Shown: piece after piece, positions 39,219 to 52,073 of the stretch | Numbering within the stretch: the stretch's first letter is position 1 | Layout of the letters: every line of letters begins with the position of its first letter | Source of the DNA: Vitrella brassicaformis CCMP3155 | Taxonomy: Eukaryota > Protista > Chromerida | NCBI GenBank assembly: GCA_001179505.1 | Contig: CDMY01000908.1 | Coordinates: 62,001 to 126,000, forward strand | Reading direction: 5' to 3' | Length of the DNA stretch: 64,000 nt | Notes under the pieces: model-generated | Database searches by the model: none | What the model was told of the DNA's origin: nothing | Seen by the model: only the letters and a program-made list of their open reading frames with translations | Position numbers and translations under genes: made by a program

Positions 39219-41790
39219 ATGAATGTTTTCTATGAATGTTTTTTCCCCTATCCTCCGTCTGGAAAAGCGCACGACGCGCAAATCGATGTCTTGGACGCAC
39301 TGGGCATGACACCCCTTGCCATCACGATGGGTCATGATCAGGGCGCTCCTGAGATGGTCGATTGGCTGTGCGGGCAGCTCGGGGTAGAGGGATCAACAAG
39401 ACTATTCCGCGGCTACATTCGACGACACTCAACGGAGCTGGGGTCGCGTTATCTCAGGCGCAGAGGAGCACTGAACGCATTCAACGCCATGTCGGCTGAC
39501 CGAGGAGGCGGCCGGATACACACACGGACTCATTTGAAGCCCCTCTCTCTACCTCTCATTCCCTGTGTGTGTATGTGTGATGATCAGTTGTGGCTGGTCG
39601 AGCATCTCGAAGACAAGGGCATTCTCTCAATGGACCTTCTGGAACAGGAAGGCAGCAGCATGCGCCAGAGTTCAGCCAGCGGATCGTTGTGCTTCTTGCA
39701 GGTAATCAGTCGGGTGGGCAAGGCTTGTTGGAGGACGAGCCTCTGCAAGGTAGATACACGTACGGGCACTCAAAGGGCGATGAATCCCGTTGTGTGTATC
39801 CCCCCACACGTCTGCCAACAGGGTGGGTGGCACCGGGCAAAACCGGGTCGTGGGCAGGGTGCACCCCACGTCCACACGCACAACGCCGGGTGAACCCTTT
39901 TTGTCGTTAATGTATGTCTGATGCAGGCGGATGGTCAGGAGCCGTGACGGGCTACGGGGCCAAGGCGGCGCCCTTCTCGGCAAGTCAGGTACATAAGGTA
40001 TATGCCAGCCTCGTGCAGCCAGGCAGGCAAGATGGGAGGCAGAAATGACCTGTTGTTATCCTTCACGTGTCGTGTCGTCTGCAGTCGTGTCGGTGCAGTC
40101 GTCGTCGTCGTCGTCTGCTTATCACTACAACAACCGCCACTTCAGATCGCGCGACCTGCACCAGCGAGGTGACGTGACTGACACAGCGTCTGTCTGTGTT
40201 GCCTTTTTTCAGGCGGATCCCCACACAGCCCCCTCTTTGTGGTGCCTGAGGACCAACTGACCGATGGCAGCTCAGGACCCCCGGCAACATCGTCAGTCAG
40301 GAATGCTCCAAGGTCAGTCAGACCTATCGATACGATACATACGTGTGCACGGAAGGATTCCTGACTGTGGCCGATTGTGCGTGCCTCTCTCTTTCTCTGT
40401 CTGTCTGGCTGTCTGTCTGTCTGTCTTTTTTGTAGGTGCATCGGGAGCCACAACAGTTGCTGGTGGGACGGAGGGCGCTCAAGTGGCGAGCCTCCTGGCG
40501 AGCCTACAAGTCAACCAACACGCGGTACATATAACGGAAAAAGGAAAGGGTGCTCTGCACACCAACGAGTGCCTATATGAATCGTTTACCCGTGTGTGCC
40601 TTCAGCTCACCGACCTGTGGCGGCCTTCCGCTCACGACCAGGCAGGGGACCTCGAGGGAGTGGAGATCAACCGTGAGGCGTACTCGCACCGCATCGACAC
40701 ACTTCACACGGGTATGTAATTTGAACACGGCACAAGTCATGACGTCGGACAAACCAACGATGGGTGCTCTGCCGTGATTCAGGTGGGGGGCTGCCCATCG
40801 CCTCGGCCGTGTGTACCAGTCGCCGGGGCCTCGCCCGCAGCGCCCCACTACCCCGCCCTACCACCGGCAGGCGGCCCGCAACGCCCCCAAAATCAATGGG
40901 ACCGCATCCACGAACACACACACACAGAGACAGACAGACAGACAGAGACTCACGCACACGTGTTGCAAGGTCCAAGGGGGAACCCTTTTTGTTGGCCAAG
41001 TCCGTCATCGAGAGTCAGTAACACAAAGGGCACACGGACGCATTTGAGCCGCCTCTGTGAGAGTGTATGTGTTTGAGGGTATCTGTGTTTGTTTCTCTGG
41101 TGCATCCAGGTGAGTTGCGAGGTCACAAGGGCCACTTCGTGAAGGTGCTGTTACGATGCCGTGAGATTGACGGAGAGATCAAGGACATCAGCCGCGTGAT
41201 GGCCAGCGAGTCAATCTTCCTCCACGGCCCCTGCAAGAGTTCAGTCAGCGGATCGCCACGGCGCACATTCGTGAGCGAGCGAGCGACTACACAGGCGAAA
41301 GGCATCAAGAGAGAGATGGCGCTGTGTGTCATCCATCCATCCATCCATCATTGTTGTGTTGTGTTGCGTTTCGTGCAGGCAGTCAGTTGGTTGGCAGGGC
41401 CTTTGGGAGGACAACCCTCCGCAAGGTACGTACGTGCGTACGGGCACTGAGGGCGATGCATTGAATCCCGTTGTGTGTGTGGGGACACCCCACTGCCTGC
41501 CTGCCTGCCTGCCAACAGGGTGCATGCATACCCCCTCTCTGCAATTTTCGACAAAGCAGCTTTGTCGAGCGTCATTCTCTGCGTGGAGGTCAGAGTCAAC
41601 GCCGAGAAAAAGCCCAGAGATCTGTCTTGCGAACGAGTTGCACTGCCGACTTCACGAGTGGGCTTCATGGGCGCCTCCGAGGGCGATGGGAGCTGGGATG
41701 GGACAGACGGGGTCGGCGAGGTCGCGGGAGGGCCGCCGCACCATGATAATGGCGTGGGTGAGGGCGAGGCGTCGTTATACTACCAAATAG
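39219..41790 (+). pseudogene. Mosaic multi-exon region starting with a single ankyrin-like repeat; frame continuity not established
   Basis: AQIDVLDALGMTPLAITMGHDQGAPEMVDWL (ankyrin G-TPL pattern); many short GT-AG-bounded exons; internal duplication 39666-39826 versus 41233-41524. Confidence 0.45.
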
Positions 41791-41875
41791 AGGTGAATAT
41801 ATGCCATCCATCGGATGGATGGATTTGGGATGCATGCATTGCATCACGTGCCTTGCCTCCCAAATCCATGCGCAG

Positions 41876-44375
41876 AGTTACGAGGATTTCGACGACATGT
41901 TGGCTGGCGCGGGATTCAGATACGTCAACAATGCTGGCGAGGGCGGGTGAGCTACCGAATGAGATGAGGGGATGGATGGAGCTTCTCTCTTGCATACATT
42001 CGCGTGTGCATGTTTGCATCATTCTCGTCTCGTCTCTCTCTCTCTCTGTGTGCGTCTGTGTGTGTGCAGCAATGGCTCGGTGTTTCGCGTAGCAAATACC
42101 TGGCTGAGGAACAGGTATAGGGCGCTCAAGGCCCTCCCACGTGAGATATTCTGGTGAGTGACTCACTCGGTGTGCACACACTCACTTACGCTGTTCTCAT
42201 GTGGATGGATGACCTCTGTCTATCTCTCTCTCTCTCTGTCTGTCTATGTGTGTGTGCCATCCGTCCGTCTATTAGGTACCCCGCCTACGACAAGATCAAG
42301 ACGCTGCAGCACGTGGTCAGATGAGAGTGGAGAATCGTTTGGCTGACGTGGTCAGCCAGGTCGAGACGACTTTTGGCCTGTTCGGCAGGTTCGTGGACGT
42401 CTCTGTGACAGATGATGCCTGCATAGTCAAGAAGGTGCCGCACATAGAGGTAAGAGGCCTCACACGGGAACATGTGTACGCAGCGCTCTGTCGATCCAAT
42501 AGCTGTCGATCTGTGTGTGTGTGTGTGTGTGTGTGCAGGGCAAGATGCAGACGGCCTTTGTGCAGGCCACAGCCAAAGAGGTCCCGCCTGTGGTGTCGGA
42601 GCTGCTGGAGGCGAACAAGGACTCACTCAAGAAGATTACCCTGCACATCAACTACTGCTCACGGACATCGGATGCCGGGCCCATCGTGTTCTCCAAAGTC
42701 ACACACGTGGACGTCCGTAGCCCAGCAGGTCGTGACTACATCAGGTATATAACGAGAGGAGTCAGAGATGACGCGACCGCGCAGTCATTCTTGTCATGGG
42801 TCGACGTCTGACTGTCTGCAGTGCTCGTCGATGGATGTTCCCGGCAATCACCACACTCCGAGTCGGCTGCATCATCAGTATGGATGCCGCTTCCTTGGTG
42901 CGTCTGCTCCGCGAATCGCCCAAGATCGAGCGGCTGCAGGCCGACTGCATCGAACTCGACGATGACCAGTGGGCGAACTTCCTCGGTGCCCTCGGCCGCT
43001 GCCCCAACCTCACCCACGTCGCCGGCATCGAAATCAACATCCGCTGCCAGTTCGAACGTCTCTATCAGCTTAGGGGCACCCTCAGCCAACACTGGAGCAG
43101 AGCGGACGAGAAAGGTACGGGACGCCAGGGCGGTGAGTGATTTGCATCTCTCTGTCTTACCTGTTGCGTGTGGCGGACGGACTACACATATTCAACTACC
43201 CGACCTCGGGATGCGCGGGAGTTTGTGTAGGACCAAGTCGATCTCCATGGACGACGGCCACTTCTACATAGTCATGGAGTGGCTGGGCGAGGGCAACTCT
43301 GAGGCCGCCATGGGCCCCCTGCCCGTGGACAACGACACGGCACGCCACACCGCCCAACAGGCCCTCAAAGGCCTCCGGACCCTACACACACACAACGTAC
43401 GCACACACACACAGACAGACACACAGACAGACACACAGACAGACAGACCTACGCAGATCCATGTCAGTAGGTATCTTCCTTATCATATCATCGTGGCCCT
43501 CTGTCTGCCTGCCTGCCTGCCTGCCTGCAGGTGACGCACTGTGACGTGTCCCTCCGCAATCTGATGCCGCAGCGATCTCGCGCCGTGTTGGTCGACTTCG
43601 ACACGGCCCTGGTCCCGGGCCTGGACAGACACACAAACGTCTGGGGCACTCTCAACTATACGGTCAGTCAGTCAGTCAATCAGTCAGTCAGTTAGAGCGG
43701 AGGCTGTGGATTGCATATGTGTGTGTGTGTGTGTGCTTCAGGCGCCGGAAGTGTTTGAGTCGTGTGACTACGGGCCTGCCAGCGACCTATGGGCAATGGG
43801 CGTGTGCATGTAAGTGACCTGCACACCACGCCACACACACACACACACACACACGCGCACATGCACGCACATGCATGGGTGTGTGGTGTGTGGTGTGTGT
43901 GCGTCAGCTTCGAGCTGGTTACGGGCCGGATGCCCTTCTTTTGCCTGGATCGGCGGCCGCAGAGCGTCCGGAATGCACTCAAAGCCATGCGACGGGTGCG
44001 TGGGTGGGGGGAGGGCGAAAGGGCTGACTGACTGACAAGGGTCCCTACACACAGGCCAGGCCCTTCCTTGCAAATGAATCAATCGGGGAATGTATCTATC
44101 GTCTGTATGGCTTTCTTCGTGTGGGTGCCGTGCCGTGCCGTGTGCGTCTGTTTTTTGCTGCACAGGGGGTCCGGTTCACTGCGAGCGATGGCGTGCCCGA
44201 CGCCGCACAGGATCTCATTCGCGGCCTCTTGACATACGACAAACACAGGCGGATCCAATCAGGTAGGTCACATTAACATTAATGTGGGTCCGTCCATACG
44301 TATGCACACACATGGACGGATGGATGGATGGATGTGTGTGTGTGTGTGTGTGTGTCAGGTGGCGGCGGTTTGTGA
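41876..44375 (+). pseudogene. Paralog of kinase 3 (kinase 4), split by an inserted foreign segment
   Basis: N-lobe exons SYEDFDDML...AGEGG|NGSVFRV...YRALKALPREIFW (41876-41946, 42070-42153). C-lobe from 43193: QLPDLGMRGSLCRTKSI..., VTHCDVSLRN, DFDTA, APEV, SDLWAMGVC. Same intron positions as kinase 3; no ALAHPW end. Confidence 0.8.
42276..43140 (+). pseudogene. Fragment of the F-box/LRR-like lineage-specific family embedded in kinase 4
   Basis: DYIS|ARRWMFPAITTLRV...LVRLLRESPKIERL...DDQWANFLGAL..LTHVAGI...LYQLRGTL parallels DRGWKMPAL...LGRFIRSSSSLKEV...GEWATLFEHF..LRTIGGI...VRRLQDVL of the 3065-5612 gene. Apparent 1-nt frameshift near 42320. Confidence 0.65.
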
Positions 44376-44843
44376 TCGTTGCCTACATTCTATATTTTGA
44401 AGAAAGTGAGTGCCCGTATAAACATGTCTCCATGGACTCTGATCGATATTTCATTGAGATTGCTTTCAGTCACTCAGACAGCAAACCCTCACAGATAGAT
44501 TGAATGTACATTGATTCGAGTCATTGATTCGTGTTACGACCCAGTCGCGGGGGGCGTGTCTCCCGCGCCTCCATGCCAAATCGCCTCTTCAGATCGCTAG
44601 CTGGCGGGAACAATGGTGCATTTGATGACGTCGTTCTATTCAAGTGCCGGCGGTGTTGGGTATGGGTGAGACATGCCCTTCTGGATGTCCGCGGACACAC
44701 GACTAGTTAGACACGTCAATAAAGTCCCATCAACTGCATGCCTTCTGTGTCTCGTAAGTGCGGCAAAAGATGGTTCAGAGACAAAACGACACGTGCCCCA
44801 TCCCAGACCTCATTCGCCAACACAACAGCCAACCTATCCCTCT

Positions 44844-47800
44844 TCACGCATCATCTGCCGGTCTTGTCGCGGCATCGGGTGTGGGCTTGGCCAAGGGCAG
44901 GGAGGGGAAAGGCGAGGGGCCTGCGATGCTGTTGCGTGGCAGCTGTGCCATGGGCGATGGGCTCAGTGAGCTGTTGCCGGCGTTGTGTGGGCTGGAGGAA
45001 CTGCTGTATGAAGAAGGCGCGCGGGGGACCTTCCTGCGCACACACACAGACATCGCATGCAGGAACATTTGCCTGTGTGTTCATCATTCGTGTCGGTCTG
45101 TGATGGCATACTTGGCTCTGCCGTGGGGCTCGTTCCGAACAGCCTCGTTCTCACACTTGAGCTGCCGAGAGCATGGCTGTGTCCATGGCTCCCCGTGTGC
45201 ATCCGCCCGCTCACCTGCAGTGATCTGAGTCCGAGGTCGTAGAAGGCCGACACCATGACCTGCTTCTCGCGAAGCTGGCTCGTCAGCTGCTCCTCACTGG
45301 TCGATCGATCGACCGTCCATCCACACACACACACGCACACACACACAGGTGAATGAATGAATGACATCAATTGTCTTTGGCGTACCGGTCCTGTTTGTAG
45401 AACTCGACCTGCTTCTCTCTCAGCTGCACCTGCTCCCTCAAGGTCTCCACCACCTGACACAGATAGGCATGCGGACGAAATAGGTAATGCGGGCATTGGG
45501 GTCTGAGTGTGTGTGTGGTTGGTACGAACTTGGTGGTATTCCTTTTCGAGTTGGCCTCTGAGGTCATCTTCATGTACCTTGGACGCCCTGCGCTCACCCT
45601 CCAGCTGACCTTCCAAGGCCTGGATGGATGGATGGTCGTCACACACACGAACAGCTGTACCGGCCACAGGTATACACGCACCTTGAGCTGTGAGTTGAGT
45701 GCGTCGATTTTGCTCTGTAGTATGAGCTCGTCCTTCTCCTTCTGCACCTGCAGCAGCTTCACCGTCTCATTCGCCGTCGCGTCGCCGCGAGCTGACGACT
45801 CCAACAAGGCGTCCTTCTCGGACTGCATCGACAGCACCCACAATAAATGGATAGTACAAACGTGCGATCCGTTGTCGGGCAGGCACCTTTAATCGCTTCA
45901 TCTCCTCGCTCTGCACAGCTATCTGGTTCTGGAGAGTCACAATCTGAGACGAAGACGGCACAGAAAGGAGGGCATGACACGTTTATCTTGCTGGTGTCTC
46001 CCTTGGTGCCTGTGTTTGTGTCTCGAGGGACTTCTCTTTGGCCTCCATCAGCTTCTGGTGCAGCTCGTCCTTGCTCTGTACGTCGAAAGCGCATCCAGCC
46101 ATAGACACACACATGGACATCGCTCGGTTCGTGCATGTGCGGATGCATACCGAGTAGAGGAGTTTCATCTGCTGCTGCTCGGCGTCAAAGCGCTCCTTGA
46201 GCGACCGGTGCTCAGACTCAACACCCTGTGAGAAACGAGCAGTATTTTTGTCCGTGGTCACCCATTCCTGCGTACCCTTAGTCGTTCATTTTCCTTCTCA
46301 AGGTCGTTCATCTGGCTCAGCAGCAAACCGCTCTGGGTCGCCTCAGTGCCTGACATGCCCCATAAACGCACGACACTGCGAGAGCCAGAGACGACTGCAA
46401 GACGTGTGTGTCTGTGCGATGGTTGGTTGGCCTGCTGACCGTGAATGTCGAGCAGCTGTGCCTCTAGTGTCTGCACCTGCCGCTGCAGCATCTGTGTGCG
46501 GGCCGTGGCCGCCTGGTAGTTCTTCTCGTACCGATCCTTCAGACGCAACGCATCATCCAAATCGTTCTCAAGCTGCATGAGCCATCCAACCAACAAACAC
46601 ACACACTGAATGTGGGCTGCGAGCCTGGTTGCATAGCTTCCTGTCTGGCTTGCTGGCTGACCTTGGTGAGCCTGTCAGCGAGGTCCTCGTTGCCGACGGA
46701 TTCCTTGAGTGCGGTGTTTTCCTTTTCGAGTTTGGCTATCCGCTGCTGCAACTCAACCACCTCCATTGTCGAAGCTGCCGAAGGACCTGTGCAAAGGCAT
46801 GCAGATATCAGTCAGCAACCACCACTATAGGATGACAGAATGCGCACACAAAGGTCGGTCTGTCTGTCTGCCTACTTGCATCGCTAGTGGCGCCCAGCGG
46901 TGAGTTGGCCAGCTCTGTCTGGAGGGCCAGCTGAGCCGTCACATTCTGCAGCTCAGTGTCCTTGTTCTTCCTGCACACACACACATACGCACATGCATGA
47001 GACACAGCACCAAAAGCTGCCTAAATCCCTGCCTCCCAGGCTCCCTCACCAATCGCGGTCCATGTCCTTGATCTGCTGTTTGAGCGAGTCGTTTTCGGCC
47101 TTGCACTCGACGAGCTCGATGCGGCCGGCGGACAGATCGCTCTCCTGGTCGGCACACTTGTCCTTGTACTGCTCCAGGGTCTTCTTGAGGGCAGCCATGG
47201 TGCGCAACTCCTTGTCCTTCTCCTCCAACTGCTCACTCAGCTCCTGCAGAGGAGCAGACAATAGGGCAGAACAGATATGCGAGAGTGCACACACCGAGCT
47301 GAATTTGATACCTACACACCTGAGTCTGTGCCTCTAGCTCCCGATTGCGCCTCTTTTCTTCCCCCAGCTCCTCCATTTTGCCCTGGTGAATGGATGGACA
47401 CATGTACATGGTGTTTGTGTCTACACATGTATCCATTCTTACCTTGTATCTCTGTATCTGTGCCTGCAGCACTTGCGCCTGCGACGCCTGGGCCTTCAAG
47501 ACGTCCACCTCATCAGCCATGCTGTCAGGAAGAGAGACACGTGAAACGACATCGATGCACTTCACACGTGTGTGGTGATTCAGGAAAGGAGTGTGTGTAC
47601 GTTTGCATCTCCTCTTTGTGTTTCTGCTCGGCTTCCCTCTGCTGCCTCCGAAGCGACTGCTCAGAAGCAGACAGGGGAGGGTGAGACACGCATAACACAT
47701 GCATTCGTGGGCTCTGGTCGTTTTGTCAGACTGACCTCGATTGTCTCCTCCAGCTCATGGATGGTGCTCTCGAGCGCCTGACGCTGTTCTGACACCTCCT

Positions 47801-48867
47801 TCTGCACACACACGCAACAAGGTCACCCTGATGAGACGACATCCGCCGAAGACATACCTGCATCTCAGACTTGGAAGCATGGACAAAGTCCTCGGACGAC
47901 TTCCGTCTCTGCCACTCCTCCTCGAGCATCTTCGTAAGCGACTGGTTCTTCTGCATGAGGCCGTCCTTCTCGCTCTCCATCTCACGAAACTTGTCCCACA
48001 AACCGTCGTAACGTGACTTGAGCTGATCGTAGTCCCTCTGCAGATCCTTCAGCAACTTTACCTGAACCCCACACACACATAGAGAGAATGGGATACCAAA
48101 GTGCTCACACTGTGTCTGCTGTGCTGACGTGGTGCACGCCTTGGCTGGTGGCCAAGAGACCATACGGGGAACCGTCTTTGGATGAAGGTGTCATGATTGT
48201 GTGTGCCCGCCCTCTCTGTGGCGCCCCCGCGCCCCTCTCCATGGCCCGCTGAATGATGGTCTGCATGGCCAGCTGAGTCGGCTGAGACAGACCCATGATG
48301 CGATTGATGAAGGCGTCCTTGCGATCACAACCTGACACAGTCAGATAAGAAAGATCTCCATTCATCCATTCCACTCATGTGCTCTGCCGTCTCTGTCTCT
48401 CCTTCCGTCTCTCATGTGGGCGTGGTGCCTGACTGACCTAGCATGACGGCCACAATGATCTCTAGGACTGTAAGAACCTCACCGAAATACCCCGCAGCCA
48501 CCTGATCCACAGACACGGTGGGCATCTCCCACCGCCCCAGCTTCAGCGAGAAATCCCTCAAGACAGCCTCCACCTTGGCCACGCCGTCCCTCTTTTGGCT
48601 CTCACCCACCAGCTTGTCCCGGGGCGTCATCAGCCGCTGGCCGAGGCTCCCCCGTCGCTCGAACATCTTCATGGCTTGGCACAGGTCCTGGAACTCCCCC
48701 GGGTCAATCTCGCCCAGCATCTTGGCGAACACCTGCCCGTCGCTGAAGTCCTCGACCGACACCACGGGGCTGCTGGCCGCAAAGTCAAAAGAATTCACCC
48801 ACTCGATGAGCAGATGGGGCTCCTCGGAAGCAACCATTTCAGAGTCAGAAGAAACACCTTCGTCCAT
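44844..48867 (-). CDS. HOOK-family microtubule/dynein adaptor (HOOK N-terminal domain plus long coiled coil)
   Basis: LIEWVNSF...VEDFSDGQVFAKMLGEIDP; LEIIVAVML|GCDRKDAFINRIMGLSQPTQLAMQTIIQ; heptad-rich exons; C-terminal REKQVMVSAFYDLG signature. Confidence 0.85.
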
Positions 48868-48979
48868 GGAGACAAGACGGTGTCAGCGGCCTCCGAATCT
48901 CCTCAAAGAATGCCAGAGTTTCGAGAGGCCAGCAAAAATGCGAGCTTAGCTTACCAAGCTCGCATTTCTCAGATTGTGA

Positions 48980-49923
<944 letters not shown>

Positions 49924-50863
49924 GTGTTCCACGATGGGCCGAGAATCGCCGACCGTACGTACGTACCATCACAACGAGGGTGCATGGCATGTCATGGGGG
50001 TGGGTGGGTGGGTGGATGTGGTAGCGTGGGTGTGCTTCCGTGCGAAATGTCGTGTAGTACGTGAGGACGTGCACGTGTGAGAGTGGAGTGGATGGCAGGT
50101 AGCCAGCCCTTTGCTTTTGTGCTCCTGAGGAGCCATGGCTGCATGACCGACCGACGCGTGACGTGTTTTCAAGCGCAGGTGCCGCCACTCCCACCACCCG
50201 CTCTCCCTCCCTCTCTCTGTCTGCTCACTCGCAAGGTTCTCTCTACCTGTACACTATAACCCACCCACCCACTTGAGGTATGTCCGTGTGTGTCCGCGCA
50301 TCCGACCGACCGCCTGACTTGAGGTTTTCTTGCTGGCTGCTGTGTGTGGCGTGGTGCGGGTGGACTTGCTCTCACTACTTTCCCTTCCTGGGTGATGTGT
50401 GTGTGAGGGAAGGTTTCTCGCTCGATAGCTCATTTTTGAATCCGCCTCTTGATAATATGACACATCGACTGACTGGCTGACCGAACCAAACACAAGGTGG
50501 CTTGTGTGTCATGAGAAAATCAACGATTCATGTGCGATGACTGAATTCGTGTACGCAGGTCCACACAGACAACGACACACAACATAGTATTCAGGCCGCG
50601 ACACGACTCCAATCCTCATCCATCGACGCAGACAAAAATCACAGTATGACAAATACGTGTAGGTAGCTTAATTGTCTGGGCTGGCTGCTGTATGTGCACA
50701 CTTGGCAAATACGTTACGTGTAATTACACAACACCGCTCGCTCGTCGCCTCGCTCAGCCAGCCAGCCAGCACGAGAAAGATACCAACCCACGCACCCTCG
50801 CCAGCCCCGATACTGTATTAACCGAACCAAACACTCCGCCTGCCTCTCACGACACAAAATGCA

Positions 50864-51885
50864 TCACACCCTCTGGATAGGGTTATCCGCAGCCAGCTGC
50901 TTGCCTCCCCCACCGCCACCACCGGCGGCCGCCCCAGTGCCGACAGGCTGCATCTCCACCCCATTCTTGGTGTCTATCGCGTACGAGGGCGCCGGGGCGT
51001 CGTTGTCGGCAAACGGGTTGGCTGTGGCCTGTGCCGCCTGGTATGTGGGTGGCGGCAGTGACTGCGGCTGATAGGCCACCACCGAAAGGGCGTTCCCGCC
51101 AAGATGGCCGCCCATTGCCGGGATGTACGGGCGGTTCTCGGCAATGAATTGCTCGGAGCCGCATGCCGGCGAGAACATCAGTGCCGTCTTGCAGAAGTCG
51201 GTCTTGACGAGCACACCGTCCATCATGTCGGTAAGGGTGCCGGCCGCACGGCCGAAATAGCAGTGCGGCCGACAGAAGCCCACTTGCACAATGTCTGTCA
51301 CATCGCTGAACCGCAGAGAGTTGTTGCACATCCACGTGCGCATCAGGAAGCCCACAGGAGTGCGTTCGACCTTCTTGGGGATCTGCATAAATATCACAAT
51401 CATACAGGCTACCAACCTGCACACACACACACACACAAGGGTACCCGTTGGCTTTTGTCTTGCAGTCCTATTGTCTGTCACTCACGCGATCATCCAGATG
51501 ACGAATGTGCTGGGGGCATAAGACGCTCCTGGCAGCGATGTGATGATGAGCATGAAGACCAACAGGCCAATCACCGCACCGAAGGATATCTGCAAGCAAC
51601 CATCGACAACCAAAACCGTCCAGTCCTTTTCCTGTCTGCCTCTGCCTGTCTGTGTGTCTGCCTGTTTGCTTGCCTCCTGTCTCTCTGTCTGTCTGTTCTG
51701 TGTCTGTGTGTCAACCTCTCGCCATCTGTGTGTGTGTGTGCAGTCACCGTGAAGAGGGGAGTCTTCCTGATCTCATACGTCTTGAGCAGCGGAGCGAAGT
51801 CCTCAGCGGGCGGGCTGACAGGCACGCCGTAAGTGCTCGTCGGCAAAGTTCCTTGCACCATCGGAACAGGCACTGGGTCCATCAT
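50864..51885 (-). CDS. Hypothetical membrane protein (hydrophobic hairpin, Cys-containing domain, Pro-rich tail with PPxY and NPF)
   Basis: Three in-frame exons: MMDPVP...RKTPLFT|ISFGAVIGLLVFMLIITSLPGASYAPSTFVIWMIA|IPKKVERT...LPPPTY...NPF...QRV*. Confidence 0.65.
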
Positions 51886-52073
51886 CGTGGCCTTGCCCGG
51901 ATCTTCGCAGCGTCGTGTCTGTGCCTTCTCGGCTTTAGAGGTAGAGCTGAAATGAAAACGTCAAACTGGATGTAATTTACATTTCAACCGATCGTCGAAA
52001 AACCGTGAAGGTCGTTCGCCTCCATCCATCCATCCTCCCATTTTTTTGCTCGCTTTGAGACCGTTTCTGCACG

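Noticed and set aside
40605-40712. LTDL...DLEGVEINR resembling kinesin switch II (DLAGSE...EG..IN)
   Set aside because: No AGSE, P-loop or switch I exons; similarity too weak.
44526-44580. Helitron 3' terminus (hairpin plus CTAG)
   Set aside because: Spacing about 30 nt, next base is not T, and there is no equivalent in copy A; kept only as a weak hint.
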